Origin: Nitratireductor sp.
GTDB lineage: Bacteria; Pseudomonadota; Alphaproteobacteria; Rhizobiales; Rhizobiaceae
Length of the DNA: 64,000 nt
Direction: 5' to 3'
Assembly: GCA_020441665.1 (NCBI GenBank)
Contig: JAGRLT010000073.1
Location: 33,254 to 97,253, forward strand
How positions within the stretch are numbered: position 1 is the stretch's first letter; each line of letters begins with the position of its first letter. The notes beneath the pieces were generated by a model. It was given only the letters and a program-made list of their open reading frames with translations, was not told where the DNA came from and did no database searches. The translations under genes were made by a program, and so were the position numbers. Positions 27,204-36,817 of this stretch are shown in pieces.

Positions 27204-28148
27204 CTATGCCGCCCTTCGAAGCGCCTGGGCCATGCAGTGAATGCCGCCGCCGGTCTTGGAGATCTCGGCGGTATCGACCGCGGCAACCTCGAACCCCCGC
27301 GCCCTGAGCGCTCCGATCAGCACCGTCGAGGAACTCGGCGCGATGATTTTGTCATTGCCGAGCGACATCATGTTGCAGCCGAGCGCCATCGTGTCCTGGA
27401 ACGGCACGTCGATGATCTCGTGCCCCTTGGCCCTGAGCCAGTCGACGATCGCCGGATCGGTACAGGCAAGACAGACCGCCGTCAGCTTCTCGGCGATCGG
27501 CACCACCATCAGGTCGATATGCACGTAATACTCGTCGATATGGGCGATGCGGGTTTCCCAACCCTCCTTCTCGAACCAGCCGGCAACCTGTTTCGCCCCC
27601 TCTTCCTGGGTGCGCGCGCCGCCGCAGCCGATCAGAACGCAACCCTCCTCGATCACGTTGAAATCGCCGCCCTCGAACGTGCCGGCCGTCACCATGTCGT
27701 AGATCGGAATGCCGAGCTTCTCATAGGCGCGGATCGCCGCATAGTTCTCGCCGCGCCGCCACCATTGCGCCATGGCGGTGATGACCGCGCCATAGGGCGT
27801 CATCACGCTCGAATCGCGCGAATAGACCTGCATGGTCAGTTCCGGCTCCGCTTCCAGCATGTGGACCTTGACGCCGAAATGATCATAGGCCGAAACCAGT
27901 TCGGCATGCTGCGCCTGGGCGACCTGGATGTTGCACGGCGCCTCGCGCAGATGCTTGCGCGACAGGCTCGACGTCGCCCGGTGAAAGAGATAGGCCGGCG
28001 AGCCGAGCAGCACGTCGGTCAGCGGATCGGTTTCGTTGCGAAATCCCCAATAGCCCAGTTTGTGGGTACCGCCGGCGGGATTTCGCCTGCGCAGGGAGAA
28101 AGCATCGGTGCTGGCATCGGCGGTCATGGATCGGTTCCTTTCAGGCAT
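27204..28148 (-). CDS. Guanidino-group-modifying enzyme superfamily protein (amidinotransferase / DDAH / arginine deiminase-like), 314 aa
   Basis: C-terminal catalytic-Cys region ISKTGGGIHCMAQAL plus FEGGDF and HIDLMV blocks typical of the superfamily. Confidence 0.7.
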   Translation of the reverse strand: MPERNRSMTADASTDAFSLRRRNPAGGTHKLGYWGFRNETDPLTDVLLGSPAYLFHRATSSLSRKHLREAPCNIQVAQAQHAELVSAYDHFGVKVHMLEAEPELTMQVYSRDSSVMTPYGAVITAMAQWWRRGENYAAIRAYEKLGIPIYDMVTAGTFEGGDFNVIEEGCVLIGCGGARTQEEGAKQVAGWFEKEGWETRIAHIDEYYVHIDLMVVPIAEKLTAVCLACTDPAIVDWLRAKGHEIIDVPFQDTMALGCNMMSLGNDKIIAPSSSTVLIGALRARGFEVAAVDTAEISKTGGGIHCMAQALRRAA

Positions 28149-28168
28149 CTTTGAAATCTGCGGTCATG

Positions 28169-29602
28169 TTAGCCACCCACAACGACCGGATCGATCGGCC
28201 CGAGCGGACCGCCGGTTGCCACTTCCACCGCCCGCGCGGCGGCAAGCAGCGCCGCCTCGCCGCGCGGCTTTCCGATCAGCTGCATGCCGACCGGCAGGCC
28301 GCGCGGCCCGAGACCGGCGGGAACCGAGATGGCCGGAAGCCCGGCCACGGTCGCCAGAAAGGCAAAGCGCAGCCAGTCCATGTAGCCCGTCAGTTTCCGG
28401 CCGCCGACCTCGCCGACCCACTCCTCGGACTGGGCATGGGGCAGGCAGCCGACCGTCGGGCAGGCCAGCACGTCATGGGTCGCAAACAGCGCCAGCATGA
28501 CATCGTAGATCGCGCTGCGGTCGATATTGGCATCGGCGATATCGGCCATGGTGAGCGCTTCGCCATAGGCGACATTGTCGGCCAGTGTCTTCTTGAAATG
28601 CCGTGTCTCGCGTTCCGGCATGCGCCGCGCCATCGTCGCCCACATCTGGCCGCGCAGAACGTGATAGGTGCGTTCGAGATGCGGCAGGTCGGGCGCCACC
28701 TCATCCACCGTGGCGCCGTTCCTTTCGAGCAGGCGCAGCGCACCGCGCAAATGATCCTCGACCTCCCGGTCGACCGGGGCAAATCCGCCAAGATCGGCGG
28801 AAAAGGCGATGCGAAGCCTGCCATCGGCCCGTTTGACCGCTTCCTGAAAGAGGACCTCAGGTGCCGGATAGGAGGTCGGGAAACGCGGCTCGAAGCCCGA
28901 CATGGCATCCATGAACAGGGCGCAATCGCGCACCGTGCGCGCCATCGGCCCCTGGACGCTCTCGATGCGGAAAGTGTCGGTTTCCGAACCGCCACCCGCC
29001 CTGCCGGGCGAGGGCCGCAGTCCGACAATGCCGCAAAAGGCGGCCGGCGTTCTGAGCGAGCCGCCATGGTCGGAGCCATGGCTGAGCCAGACCTCGCCGG
29101 TGGCGAGCGATGCCGCCGCCCCGCCCGACGAGCCGCCCGCATTGAGCCTGGTATCCCAGGGGTTCAGCGTCGGCCCGAACACATCGTTGAACGTATTGCC
29201 GCCGGCGCCGAATTCCGGCGTATTGGTCTTGCCGACAACGATGCCGCCGCGCGCCTCCAGTCGCTCGACCAGCGGATCGGAGGCTTCGGCGATGAAATCG
29301 GCGAAGCCCTTCGAACCCCAGGTCGTGCGCACGCCCGCGACCGGGGTCAGATCCTTGATCGCGATCGGCAGGCCGGCCAGCCAGCCGGGCTCGTCCTCGT
29401 TGCTGAAATCAAGCAACTGTGCCGCCTTGCGGGCGCGCGCTTCGCATCGTATCGGCATCGCGTTGACGACAGGCTCCACCGTCGCGATGCGTTCATAAGC
29501 GGCATCCAGCAATTCGGCCGGCGAGACTTGCCGCCGGCGCAGCAGGTCGACGATCTCCACCGCCTCGTAGCGGCAGAGTTCCGGGCCGGAAAACGTCGTC
29601 AT
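28169..29602 (-). CDS. Amidase (amidase-signature family, GatA-like), 477 aa
   Basis: Amidase-signature stretch GGSSGGAAASLATGEVWLSHGSDHGGSLRTPAAFCGIVGLRPS. Confidence 0.88.
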   Translation of the reverse strand: MTTFSGPELCRYEAVEIVDLLRRRQVSPAELLDAAYERIATVEPVVNAMPIRCEARARKAAQLLDFSNEDEPGWLAGLPIAIKDLTPVAGVRTTWGSKGFADFIAEASDPLVERLEARGGIVVGKTNTPEFGAGGNTFNDVFGPTLNPWDTRLNAGGSSGGAAASLATGEVWLSHGSDHGGSLRTPAAFCGIVGLRPSPGRAGGGSETDTFRIESVQGPMARTVRDCALFMDAMSGFEPRFPTSYPAPEVLFQEAVKRADGRLRIAFSADLGGFAPVDREVEDHLRGALRLLERNGATVDEVAPDLPHLERTYHVLRGQMWATMARRMPERETRHFKKTLADNVAYGEALTMADIADANIDRSAIYDVMLALFATHDVLACPTVGCLPHAQSEEWVGEVGGRKLTGYMDWLRFAFLATVAGLPAISVPAGLGPRGLPVGMQLIGKPRGEAALLAAARAVEVATGGPLGPIDPVVVGG

Positions 29603-29665
29603 TCCTCACCCATTCACGCCACCGCCATCACTCGTCCTGTTGCCAGGTTGAGACGGATGCCCGCC

Positions 29666-30442
29666 TCAGCTTGCATAATTGCTGCCTTCCTCATCGAGGA
29701 TCGCCATGATCTCGCGCAGATGGGCTTCCGCCTGATCCGGATAGTCCTCAAGCTCGCGCGCGGTCTTTTCGGCGATTTCATCGCTCAAGAAGCGCAGCTT
29801 CCGGCCGGTCTGCAGCGCGCGAATATAGGTCTCCGCCGCGCGCTCGAAATAATACAGCCGGTTGAACGCGTCGCCCGCATCGCTGCCGAGGACAAGAACG
29901 CCGTGATTGCCCATGATCATGACCTTCTTCTTCGGATCCGCGAGCATGCCGGCGCAGCGCATGCCTTCCTCCTCGAAGGCAAGCCCGCCGAAATTCTCGT
30001 CGATCACATAGCGGTCGTAGAAGGTCGCCGTGTTCTGGTCGATCGGCGGCAGGGTGCTGTCGGCAAGACAGGCGAGCACGGTCGCGTGGATTGAATGCAC
30101 ATGCAGGACGCAGCGCGCATGGGGCACCAGGCGATGGATCGAGCCGTGCAGGCCCCAGGCCGTCGGGTCGGGCGCATGCGGCTGCGACAGCGTGTCGGGA
30201 TCGTTGGCATCGATCAGCAGCAGGTCGGAGGCCTTGATGCGGCGGAAATGCGCCTGATTGGGATTCATCAGAAACCGCGTCCCATCCTCATTGACCGACA
30301 GGCTGAAATGGTTGGCGACCCCTTCATGCATGTTGAGCCGCTCGGTCCAGCGGAAGATGGCGGCAAGCTCGACACGCTCGCGCCAATGGGTGAGATTGGC
30401 CCTTGACGGCCCATCGGCCAGTTTCAAAGCGGAATGCGGCAT
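29666..30442 (-). CDS. Class II aldolase/adducin-domain protein, 258 aa
   Basis: HVHSIHATVLA and IMGNHGVLVLG blocks. I chose the ATG at 30442, which is preceded by AAAGGGAG, rather than the TTG at 30463. Confidence 0.8.
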   Translation of the reverse strand: MPHSALKLADGPSRANLTHWRERVELAAIFRWTERLNMHEGVANHFSLSVNEDGTRFLMNPNQAHFRRIKASDLLLIDANDPDTLSQPHAPDPTAWGLHGSIHRLVPHARCVLHVHSIHATVLACLADSTLPPIDQNTATFYDRYVIDENFGGLAFEEEGMRCAGMLADPKKKVMIMGNHGVLVLGSDAGDAFNRLYYFERAAETYIRALQTGRKLRFLSDEIAEKTARELEDYPDQAEAHLREIMAILDEEGSNYAS

Positions 30443-30545
30443 GGCTACGCTCCCTTTCGTCAATGCCGCGAAAAACCGGCATCTTCCTCACGATCGGGTC
30501 AGGATACCCCCGCTTCCGCAACGCCGCCAGAGCGCAGGCAGAACA

Positions 30546-31013
30546 TCAAAGTCGCACTTGTTGCAGTTCTTCCAGCATGTCGAGCAGTTGATCCATCTTG
30601 TCGCGGCCATATTGCGATTCGAGGCGGGAGAAGATCCTGGAATTGCGATTGAGGTGGCTCTCGATCAGCATCCGGCCGACCTCGGTAATCTGTACCAGCG
30701 TCCGGCGCCGGTCCTGCTTGTCGGTCTTGCGCGAAATCAGCTTCTCCGCCTCCATGGTGCGCAGAATGCGCGTCAGGCTCGGCAGTTTCAGGCAGGCGGC
30801 AAGCGATATCGCCGTCTGCTCCATTTCGCCGGCCTCCTCCACCACCCTGAGCACGCGCCATTTCTGCTCGGAAATATTGCTGGCATGCAGCATTTCGCGG
30901 ATCGGCGCCAGCACGGTCTCGCGCGCGCGCAGCAGGGCGATCGGCAGCGATCGCGACGTCGGGCCGAACGGCTTCACGGCCTCGTTCACAGGCCCGTTGA
31001 CGGCATGGTCCAT
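30546..31013 (-). CDS. MarR-family transcriptional regulator, 155 aa
   Basis: Winged-HTH region WRVLRVVEEAGEMEQTAISLAACLKLPSLTRILRTMEAEKLISRKTDKQDRRRTLV. Start MDHAVN at 31013. Confidence 0.85.
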   Translation of the reverse strand: MDHAVNGPVNEAVKPFGPTSRSLPIALLRARETVLAPIREMLHASNISEQKWRVLRVVEEAGEMEQTAISLAACLKLPSLTRILRTMEAEKLISRKTDKQDRRRTLVQITEVGRMLIESHLNRNSRIFSRLESQYGRDKMDQLLDMLEELQQVRL

Positions 31014-31017
31014 TCTA

Positions 31018-31324
31018 GAGCCTTTCCAGCGGATATTGAATCGTTCGAACGTCGGGAATTTGCTTGCCGGCAAGGCGCGGGCGGCGATGCGGTGTCAACA
31101 CCGCGAGACCGTGCGCAACACAGCCAGCGGGCAAAGAACCAGGTTCGGGCGATTTTCCTTTTTCGTCTGTTTTCAATCTATCGTGCCTCGAGGCTTGGAT
31201 GTCTTTTCCGTCCTGGCTGCGTCGAGATCCCCGCGCGATGGGTAAACATCGCGCTGCGGTGTTCTCCGCGCCAATCCGAAAAATCCTGTCCATCGAACCG
31301 ATCCAATATCCGCTGGAAAGGCTC
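31018..31324. repeat. Long-range inverted repeat: a 21-bp perfect core (gagcctttccagcggatattg, 31018-31038, versus its reverse complement at 31304-31324), extendable to about 31 bp with one mismatch and one indel
   Basis: Read directly. The left arm abuts the marR start codon and includes its likely SD (GGAAAGG on the minus strand). The right arm lies about 195 bp upstream of the decarboxylase start. Confidence 0.8.
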
Positions 31325-31518
31325 AGACTCCAGTTTACGTAAGATGAACCCATATCGCGTAAAAATTGAAACAAGGCAACCTCCATTCCTTTACGTGGCA
31401 ATCAAGCCGGCCCGGCGGCCCGTTCCCGCCTCATCGAAGGAAAAAATCACACCCCGTTGCCATGACCGGTTGGTGTGGTAGTCCGGGTGGACGGTTTCAT
31501 CACACGACAGGCAACGCC

Positions 31519-32916
31519 ATGGACTGGAAAGCATTCGAACATTGGGGCCGCAAGATCGTCGGCTGGGCTACCGACTATCATGCCAACATTCGCGATCTGC
31601 CCGTCCGCGCCAAAGTCCGGCCCGGCGAGATCGCGAGCCGGTTGCCCGTCTCCCCTCCCGAAACGGCCGAAGCCATGGAGGTGCTGATGGCCGATTTCGA
31701 GCGCATCGTCATGCCGGGCATGACCCATTGGCAGCATCCCCGCTTCTTCGCCTATTTTCCTGCCAATGCGGCGCCCCCCTCGATGCTGGCCGAAATGCTG
31801 GTAAGCGCGCTCGCCGCGCAATGCATGCTCTGGCAGACGAGCCCGGCGGCGACCGAACTGGAAACCCGGATGCTGGACTGGCTGCGCCAGGCGCTCGGCC
31901 TGCCGCAGGGATTTTCCGGCGTCATCCAGGATTCCGCCTCCTCCGCGACCCTCGCCGCCGTGCTGACCATGCGCGAGCGGGCGCTCGGCTGGGCCGGAAA
32001 CCGCAAGGGCCTGAGCGGCCAGCCATCCCTGCGCATCTATTGCAGTTCGGAAGTGCATACCTCCATCGACCGGGCGATCTGGGTCGCCGGCATCGGCGAG
32101 GAAAACCTCGTCCGTGTCCCGGTATCAGGCCCGCTGCGCGCGATGGATATCGAACGGCTCGACGCCGCAATCACGGCCGACCTTGCCGCCGGCCATCTGC
32201 CCGCCGGCATCATCGCCTGCACCGGCGGCACCGGCACCGGCGCCTGCGACGACATCGCGGCGGTCGTTGAAATCGCCAGGCGGCACGATCTTTTCACCCA
32301 TGTCGATGCCGCCTGGGCAGGCTCGGCGATGATCTGCCCGGAATTCCGCGCGCTGTGGCGGGGCGTCGAAGGGGCCGATTCGATCGTCTTCAACCCGCAC
32401 AAATGGCTCGGCGCGCAGTTCGATTGCTCGGCGCACTTCATCGCCGATCCCGGCAGCCTGGTGAAGACGCTGGCGATCCAGCCCGAATATCTCAAGACCC
32501 ACGGCCATGACGGGCTGATCAACTATTCGGAATGGACGGTTCCCCTCGGCCGCCGCTTCCGCGCGTTGAAGCTGTGGTTCCTGATCCGCGCCTACGGGCT
32601 CGAGGGCTTGCGCGAGCGGCTTCGCAACCATGTCGCATGGGCCTGCTCCCTGTGCGAGAAGCTGCGCCGGCACGCCCGGTTCGAAATCGTCACGGAGCCG
32701 GTCCTGTCGCTCTTCACCTTCCGCCTGAAGGGCAAGGACGACGACGTCCAGATCGCCTTTGTCAACGCCATCAACGATGACGGCCGCATCTATGTCACCC
32801 AGACCCGGGTCGACGGCGCCATCGCCATCCGGTTTCAGGTCGGCCAGTTCGATACCACCGAGGCCGATGTGGAATTTGCCTTCGAGGTTCTCTGCGAACT
32901 GGCCGGCTCGGCGTGA
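31519..32916 (+). CDS. PLP-dependent group II decarboxylase (aromatic-L-amino-acid/tyrosine decarboxylase-like), 465 aa
   Basis: THWQHPRFFAYFPAN N-terminal block and the PLP-lysine motif FNPHKW. Start MDWKAFEHW at 31519. Confidence 0.88.
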   Translation: MDWKAFEHWGRKIVGWATDYHANIRDLPVRAKVRPGEIASRLPVSPPETAEAMEVLMADFERIVMPGMTHWQHPRFFAYFPANAAPPSMLAEMLVSALAAQCMLWQTSPAATELETRMLDWLRQALGLPQGFSGVIQDSASSATLAAVLTMRERALGWAGNRKGLSGQPSLRIYCSSEVHTSIDRAIWVAGIGEENLVRVPVSGPLRAMDIERLDAAITADLAAGHLPAGIIACTGGTGTGACDDIAAVVEIARRHDLFTHVDAAWAGSAMICPEFRALWRGVEGADSIVFNPHKWLGAQFDCSAHFIADPGSLVKTLAIQPEYLKTHGHDGLINYSEWTVPLGRRFRALKLWFLIRAYGLEGLRERLRNHVAWACSLCEKLRRHARFEIVTEPVLSLFTFRLKGKDDDVQIAFVNAINDDGRIYVTQTRVDGAIAIRFQVGQFDTTEADVEFAFEVLCELAGSA

Positions 32917-33016
32917 GCGGCGCAAAAATGCGTTCCGCGATGTGACGCTTGACGCATCGCGAAATTCCAGCCCAGTCTATCGGCGGGCAATTCGCCCACC
33001 AGACAGGAACCCGACC

Positions 33017-33595
33017 ATGCGCCCACAATCGCGCCCGAACACACTGCCCCTTGCCGGCCTCGCCGCCGCCCTGCTGACGCTCTCGGCCGCCGCTGCCCTC
33101 GCCTGTGGCGGCAATCCGACCTGCACGGTCAAGGATCCCACCGGCACGCCGCTCAACATCCGCCTCGGCCCGAACGAAACCATTGTCGGCACGGCGGCAA
33201 ACGGCACGCAGCTCTCCTTCATCGACCATCAGGAACACAACGGAAAACTGTGGGCGCGCGTTGCCCATTTCGATGTCGCCACCGAGCCCCTCGACTGGGG
33301 CGAGGGCTATCTGTTCGCCGCCTATCTCGAATGCGATCAGGAAATCACCGAAGGCGCCTATAGCGAGGAATTCCTCTGCCGGGTGCAGGATCCGACCGGC
33401 ACACCGCTCAACATCCGCGCGGAACCGGGCGGTGAAATCCTCGGCTCGATCCGCAACGGCGAAACCGTGCGCGTTTTCGGCGGCGACAGGCGCGACGGCA
33501 AATTATGGGCCCGCGCCTGGCGCGATCCGAGCGACAATGCCATTGGCTGGGTCTTCGACGATTACCTGCAATGCGAGGAGGACGAGGCGCATTGA
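33017..33595 (+). CDS. Secreted protein with two SH3b-like repeats, 192 aa
   Basis: Signal peptide. The block C(T/R)V(K/Q)DPTGTPLNIR occurs twice, each followed by ...GKLWAR.... Confidence 0.6.
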   Translation: MRPQSRPNTLPLAGLAAALLTLSAAAALACGGNPTCTVKDPTGTPLNIRLGPNETIVGTAANGTQLSFIDHQEHNGKLWARVAHFDVATEPLDWGEGYLFAAYLECDQEITEGAYSEEFLCRVQDPTGTPLNIRAEPGGEILGSIRNGETVRVFGGDRRDGKLWARAWRDPSDNAIGWVFDDYLQCEEDEAH

Positions 33596-34017
33596 GAACG
33601 CTCGCGGCGCATGCCCTGCCGCCAATCCTGGCTTCGGTCCTGATGGCGGCTCTGGCCCCCGCAGCAAGCGCCCAGGACTGGGATTGCACCAGGGCCGACG
33701 ACCTGCCCCAGCAGGGCATGAACTACTGCGCCCATCTCGACTATCAGGCGGCCGACGCTGAACTCAACGCCGTCTGGAAGGAGGTCTATGCCGCGATCAG
33801 GGCACGCGACGGCGAAATGTCCGCCGACATGCGGGGCTGGCCGCAGGCCCTGCTCTCGGCCCAGCGCGCCTGGATCGACTATCGCGACGGCCAATGCGCG
33901 GCTGAGGGCTTCGCCTTTCGCGGCGGCACCATGGAACCGCTCATCGTTTCCGGCTGCAAGGCGGAAATGACCCGCAAGCGCACGGCCGAACTCCAGGCGC
34001 TGATCGAGACCTACTGA
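33571..34017 (+). CDS. LprI-family (DUF1311) periplasmic protein, about 148 aa
   Basis: Signal-like N-terminus, then MNYCAHLDYQAADAELNAVWKEV...AQRAWIDYRDGQC...SGCKAEMTRKRTAELQ, typical of DUF1311. The start is ambiguous (ATG 33571 or TTG 33592). Confidence 0.65.
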   Translation: MRGGRGALRTLAAHALPPILASVLMAALAPAASAQDWDCTRADDLPQQGMNYCAHLDYQAADAELNAVWKEVYAAIRARDGEMSADMRGWPQALLSAQRAWIDYRDGQCAAEGFAFRGGTMEPLIVSGCKAEMTRKRTAELQALIETY

Positions 34018-34037
34018 GCCGCTTCAGCACGCCCTCC

Positions 34038-34658
34038 TCAACGTAGGAGCGCCACCGCGCCCGCGCGGATTTCCCTGCCGTTCTCCTGCGCGGAAAGTTC
34101 GATGCGGATCGCATCCGGCAGGGCGCCGTCCTCGCGGAACGTCTCGCTCCAGCCGCCATCGGAAAGATAACTCAGCTTGAGCGCCGACAGGCCGTCGGCA
34201 ATTTCGGTAACCGTCTGGCTGCTGCGATCCGGCTGGCCGTTCTTCAGGCGCCGCAGCGCCATCGCCTGATAGAGCACGCCCTCCTTGAGCCCGAGTTCGA
34301 GATCGCGCAAGCCAAGCGCAAGGATGCCCTGGCGGGTGATCACCGCCGCGCGCAACTGGTTCTCCCTGCCATCGAGATAGGGACTTTCATCGGGCTTCGC
34401 ATCGAGCAGGCGAACCGGCCTCGCGCTCGCCAGCAGGCGCTTGAGGTAGTCGGCCGCCGCGGCAAGTTCGCTTTCCCTGGTGATCGTCGCCTCGACCCGG
34501 GAGACCGCGCCCAACTGGGTCAGGAAGCTGCTCATCAGGCCCGCCATGATACCCAGCACGGCAAGCGCCACCAGGATTTCGACCAGGGTGAAACCCGCTT
34601 CGCCGCCGGCGTCATCGATGCCGCGACGCCTTTTTCGAACTGGTTGCAGGACATTCAT
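34038..34658 (-). CDS. gspJ: T2SS minor pseudopilin, GspJ-like, 206 aa
   Basis: Prepilin motif GGEAG|FTLVEILVALAVLGI after a 22-aa leader. Its size and its position as the last gene of gspH-I-J fit GspJ. Confidence 0.65.
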   Translation of the reverse strand: MNVLQPVRKRRRGIDDAGGEAGFTLVEILVALAVLGIMAGLMSSFLTQLGAVSRVEATITRESELAAAADYLKRLLASARPVRLLDAKPDESPYLDGRENQLRAAVITRQGILALGLRDLELGLKEGVLYQAMALRRLKNGQPDRSSQTVTEIADGLSALKLSYLSDGGWSETFREDGALPDAIRIELSAQENGREIRAGAVALLR

Positions 34659-34671
34659 TTCGCTGCCCGCC

Positions 34672-35103
34672 TCATTCCGCCGAAGATGCGGCGAAAGTCA
34701 GAAAATCATAGGGTCTGCCGCCATCTGCCGGGGTGATGGCGATGCGCAGGGCAAACAGCTTCTGCTCGCGCCGATCGGGGATTTCCTCGCGCGTCACACT
34801 CCATCGGGTACCGTCCTCGAGCACCCCCTGGGTCCGGGGGGCGCCCGTGCCGGTGCGGACAAGCGCCAGCACCGTTTCGGCGGCGGATGTCACGGTTTCC
34901 AGCGTGCCCGAGCGGCGGAAGGTCATGCCGGTGCGCGACACGGTCTGCATCGCGACCGCCAGCGCCAGGGTCAGGATGGTAAAGGCGATGACCACCTCGA
35001 TCAGCGTGAAGCCCGCTTCCTGCCCGCCAGACTCCGGCTTCCCATGCTTCGGCTTCCCATGCTTCGGCTTCCCAGACTCCAACCCCCCGGATTCTCCGTT
35101 CAT
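34672..35103 (-). CDS. gspI: T2SS minor pseudopilin, GspI-like, 143 aa, with a 31-aa leader containing GKPKH repeats
   Basis: QEAG|FTLIEVVIAFTILTLALAV prepilin motif. Size and gene order fit GspI. Start at 35103. Confidence 0.65.
   Translation of the reverse strand: MNGESGGLESGKPKHGKPKHGKPESGGQEAGFTLIEVVIAFTILTLALAVAMQTVSRTGMTFRRSGTLETVTSAAETVLALVRTGTGAPRTQGVLEDGTRWSVTREEIPDRREQKLFALRIAITPADGGRPYDFLTFAASSAE
35035..35074. repeat. 15-bp tandem repeat (cggcttcccatgctt), 2 full copies plus a partial one
   Basis: Read directly at 35035-35049 and 35050-35064, with a partial copy at 35065-35074. In frame, it encodes GKPKHGKPKHGKP in the GspI leader peptide. Confidence 0.9.
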
Positions 35104-35594
35104 TGCGCCCTCCCCGCTCTGATCTTCGGCAGGCCGGTAAGCCAGTTGACGCTGAGCTCCGCCAACCGGTCGTCCGGTCCGGTAATGCGGATGTCGACAC
35201 CCGACGAACTGCCATCGGGCAGGAACAGCACGATGATCGTCCCGTCCTCCTCGATCAGTTCGCGCCCTGTGACGATGTTGATCCCGAAATCCTGCGGCAG
35301 TTCCACCGCCTCTTTCGGACCATAGGCGAACCGCTTCTGATCGGGAATGATCTGGAACCGCCGCACCTCGCCGCGGGCGATCGCATCGGTCCGCGCCTGA
35401 TAGACCAGCGCCTGCACCTGCTTTGCCGCCTCCATCGGCCGCACCGTCTGGCCGCGCCGCACCACCGTTGCCGAAATCGCCGCGAAGACGCCGGAGACGA
35501 TCACCAGCACCACCAGCATCTCGATCATCGAAAAGCCGGCCTCGCGGTCCTTTTCGTCCGCCGTCCGACGCATCTTCGGTCCGGCTCTTCTCAT
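35100..35594 (-). CDS. gspH: T2SS minor pseudopilin, GspH-like, 164 aa
   Basis: DREAG|FSMIEMLVVLVIVSGVF prepilin motif. Its size and its position after gspF fit GspH. Confidence 0.65.
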   Translation of the reverse strand: MRRAGPKMRRTADEKDREAGFSMIEMLVVLVIVSGVFAAISATVVRRGQTVRPMEAAKQVQALVYQARTDAIARGEVRRFQIIPDQKRFAYGPKEAVELPQDFGINIVTGRELIEEDGTIIVLFLPDGSSSGVDIRITGPDDRLAELSVNWLTGLPKIRAGRAQ

Positions 35595-36817
35595 CGGATC
35601 GCCAGTTCATTGACGCTCAGCAGCGTCGTCATCACCGAAATGACGAGGCTGCCGATCACCACGCCCATCAGGATCGTGATCGCCGGCGTCAGGAAGGACA
35701 GCATGCGGGTCAGCGAGCGCTGCAACAGGAATTCGGTAAGCGAGGCCGCCCGGTTCATCACCACCGGCAGATTGTTCGATTCCTCCCCGAGCCGGAACAG
35801 CGACACCATCGAGCCGTCGAAGACGCCCGATCCCTCCATCGCCGACCAGAACGCGCTGCCGCCGATCACCGCCTCGCGCGCCGCTTCCAACTGATGGCGG
35901 TATTGCCCGACGGGCATGCCGCCGGCCGACAGCCGCATCGCCTCGTTGAGCTGCACCCCATTGGCGAGCAGCAGCGCCATGCTTCTGAGATAGCGCGCCC
36001 TGAGAGAGCGGCGCATCACCGTGCCGATCACCGGCAGCCGCACCAACAACCGCGATATCGCCCGTCGTCCGCCATGGCTGCGCAGCGCGGCGAAAACGCC
36101 GAGACCTGCCAGCAGGAGCGCGGCGAGGATCAGCGGCCAGAAATGCGTCAGCGCCGAGCCGATCGCCGACAGGATCGAGACCACCATCGGTTTTTCCGCC
36201 CCGCCGCTGTCGAAAATCGGTTCGATCGCCGGCACCAGATAGGTCGCCAGCAGCAGCAGCGTACCGATCAGCACGAACACCAGAAAGGCCGGATAGAGCA
36301 GCGCCTCGACGATCTTGCCGCGCTGCTCGGCGATCCGGCCATGGTTCTTCGCCAGTTCGCTGAAGACCTGCGCCATGTGCCCGCCCCGCTCGCCGCTCTC
36401 GATCAGCGCCACCACGTCGTCGGGCACGCCCGGCTCATGACGGAAGGCCTCGGCGACCGACATCCCCTCGGAAAGGCGCGAATGGATCGCCTCGATGCGC
36501 GCCCTCTGACCGGCATTGGCCTGCGACTGGCCGACCGCGCGCAGGCTGACATCGACGGTGAAACCGGAATTGAGCATCACGGCAAGATCGGACAGCAGGG
36601 TCACCAGATCGAGCTTCGCCCTGAACAGCGACAGGCCCGGGGAGCTGGTGCCGGGCCGCGTTCCGCTCCGCGCCGGCTTCAGATCGAAGGCGGTCTTGCC
36701 CTGGCGCGCCAGGATACGGCCGGCCTCTGCCAGATCGGCGGCCTCGACCACGCCGCTTTCGGCGGCGCCGTTGGGGCCATAGGCCCTGAAGCGGAATTGC
36801 CGGCGTGCCGTCGTCAC
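35591..36817 (-). CDS. gspF: T2SS inner-membrane platform protein GspF, 408 aa
   Basis: Two repeated GspF-type cytoplasmic domains and three TM segments. It overlaps the gspE stop. Confidence 0.88.
   Translation of the reverse strand: MTTARRQFRFRAYGPNGAAESGVVEAADLAEAGRILARQGKTAFDLKPARSGTRPGTSSPGLSLFRAKLDLVTLLSDLAVMLNSGFTVDVSLRAVGQSQANAGQRARIEAIHSRLSEGMSVAEAFRHEPGVPDDVVALIESGERGGHMAQVFSELAKNHGRIAEQRGKIVEALLYPAFLVFVLIGTLLLLATYLVPAIEPIFDSGGAEKPMVVSILSAIGSALTHFWPLILAALLLAGLGVFAALRSHGGRRAISRLLVRLPVIGTVMRRSLRARYLRSMALLLANGVQLNEAMRLSAGGMPVGQYRHQLEAAREAVIGGSAFWSAMEGSGVFDGSMVSLFRLGEESNNLPVVMNRAASLTEFLLQRSLTRMLSFLTPAITILMGVVIGSLVISVMTTLLSVNELAIR

Noticed and set aside
31344-31481. A 46-codon ORF (MNPYRVKIETRQ...) downstream of the right arm of the marR inverted repeat
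   Set aside because: It has no convincing SD beyond the repeat-borne GGAAAGG, no hydrophobic or conserved features, and is probably non-coding 5' region of the decarboxylase gene.
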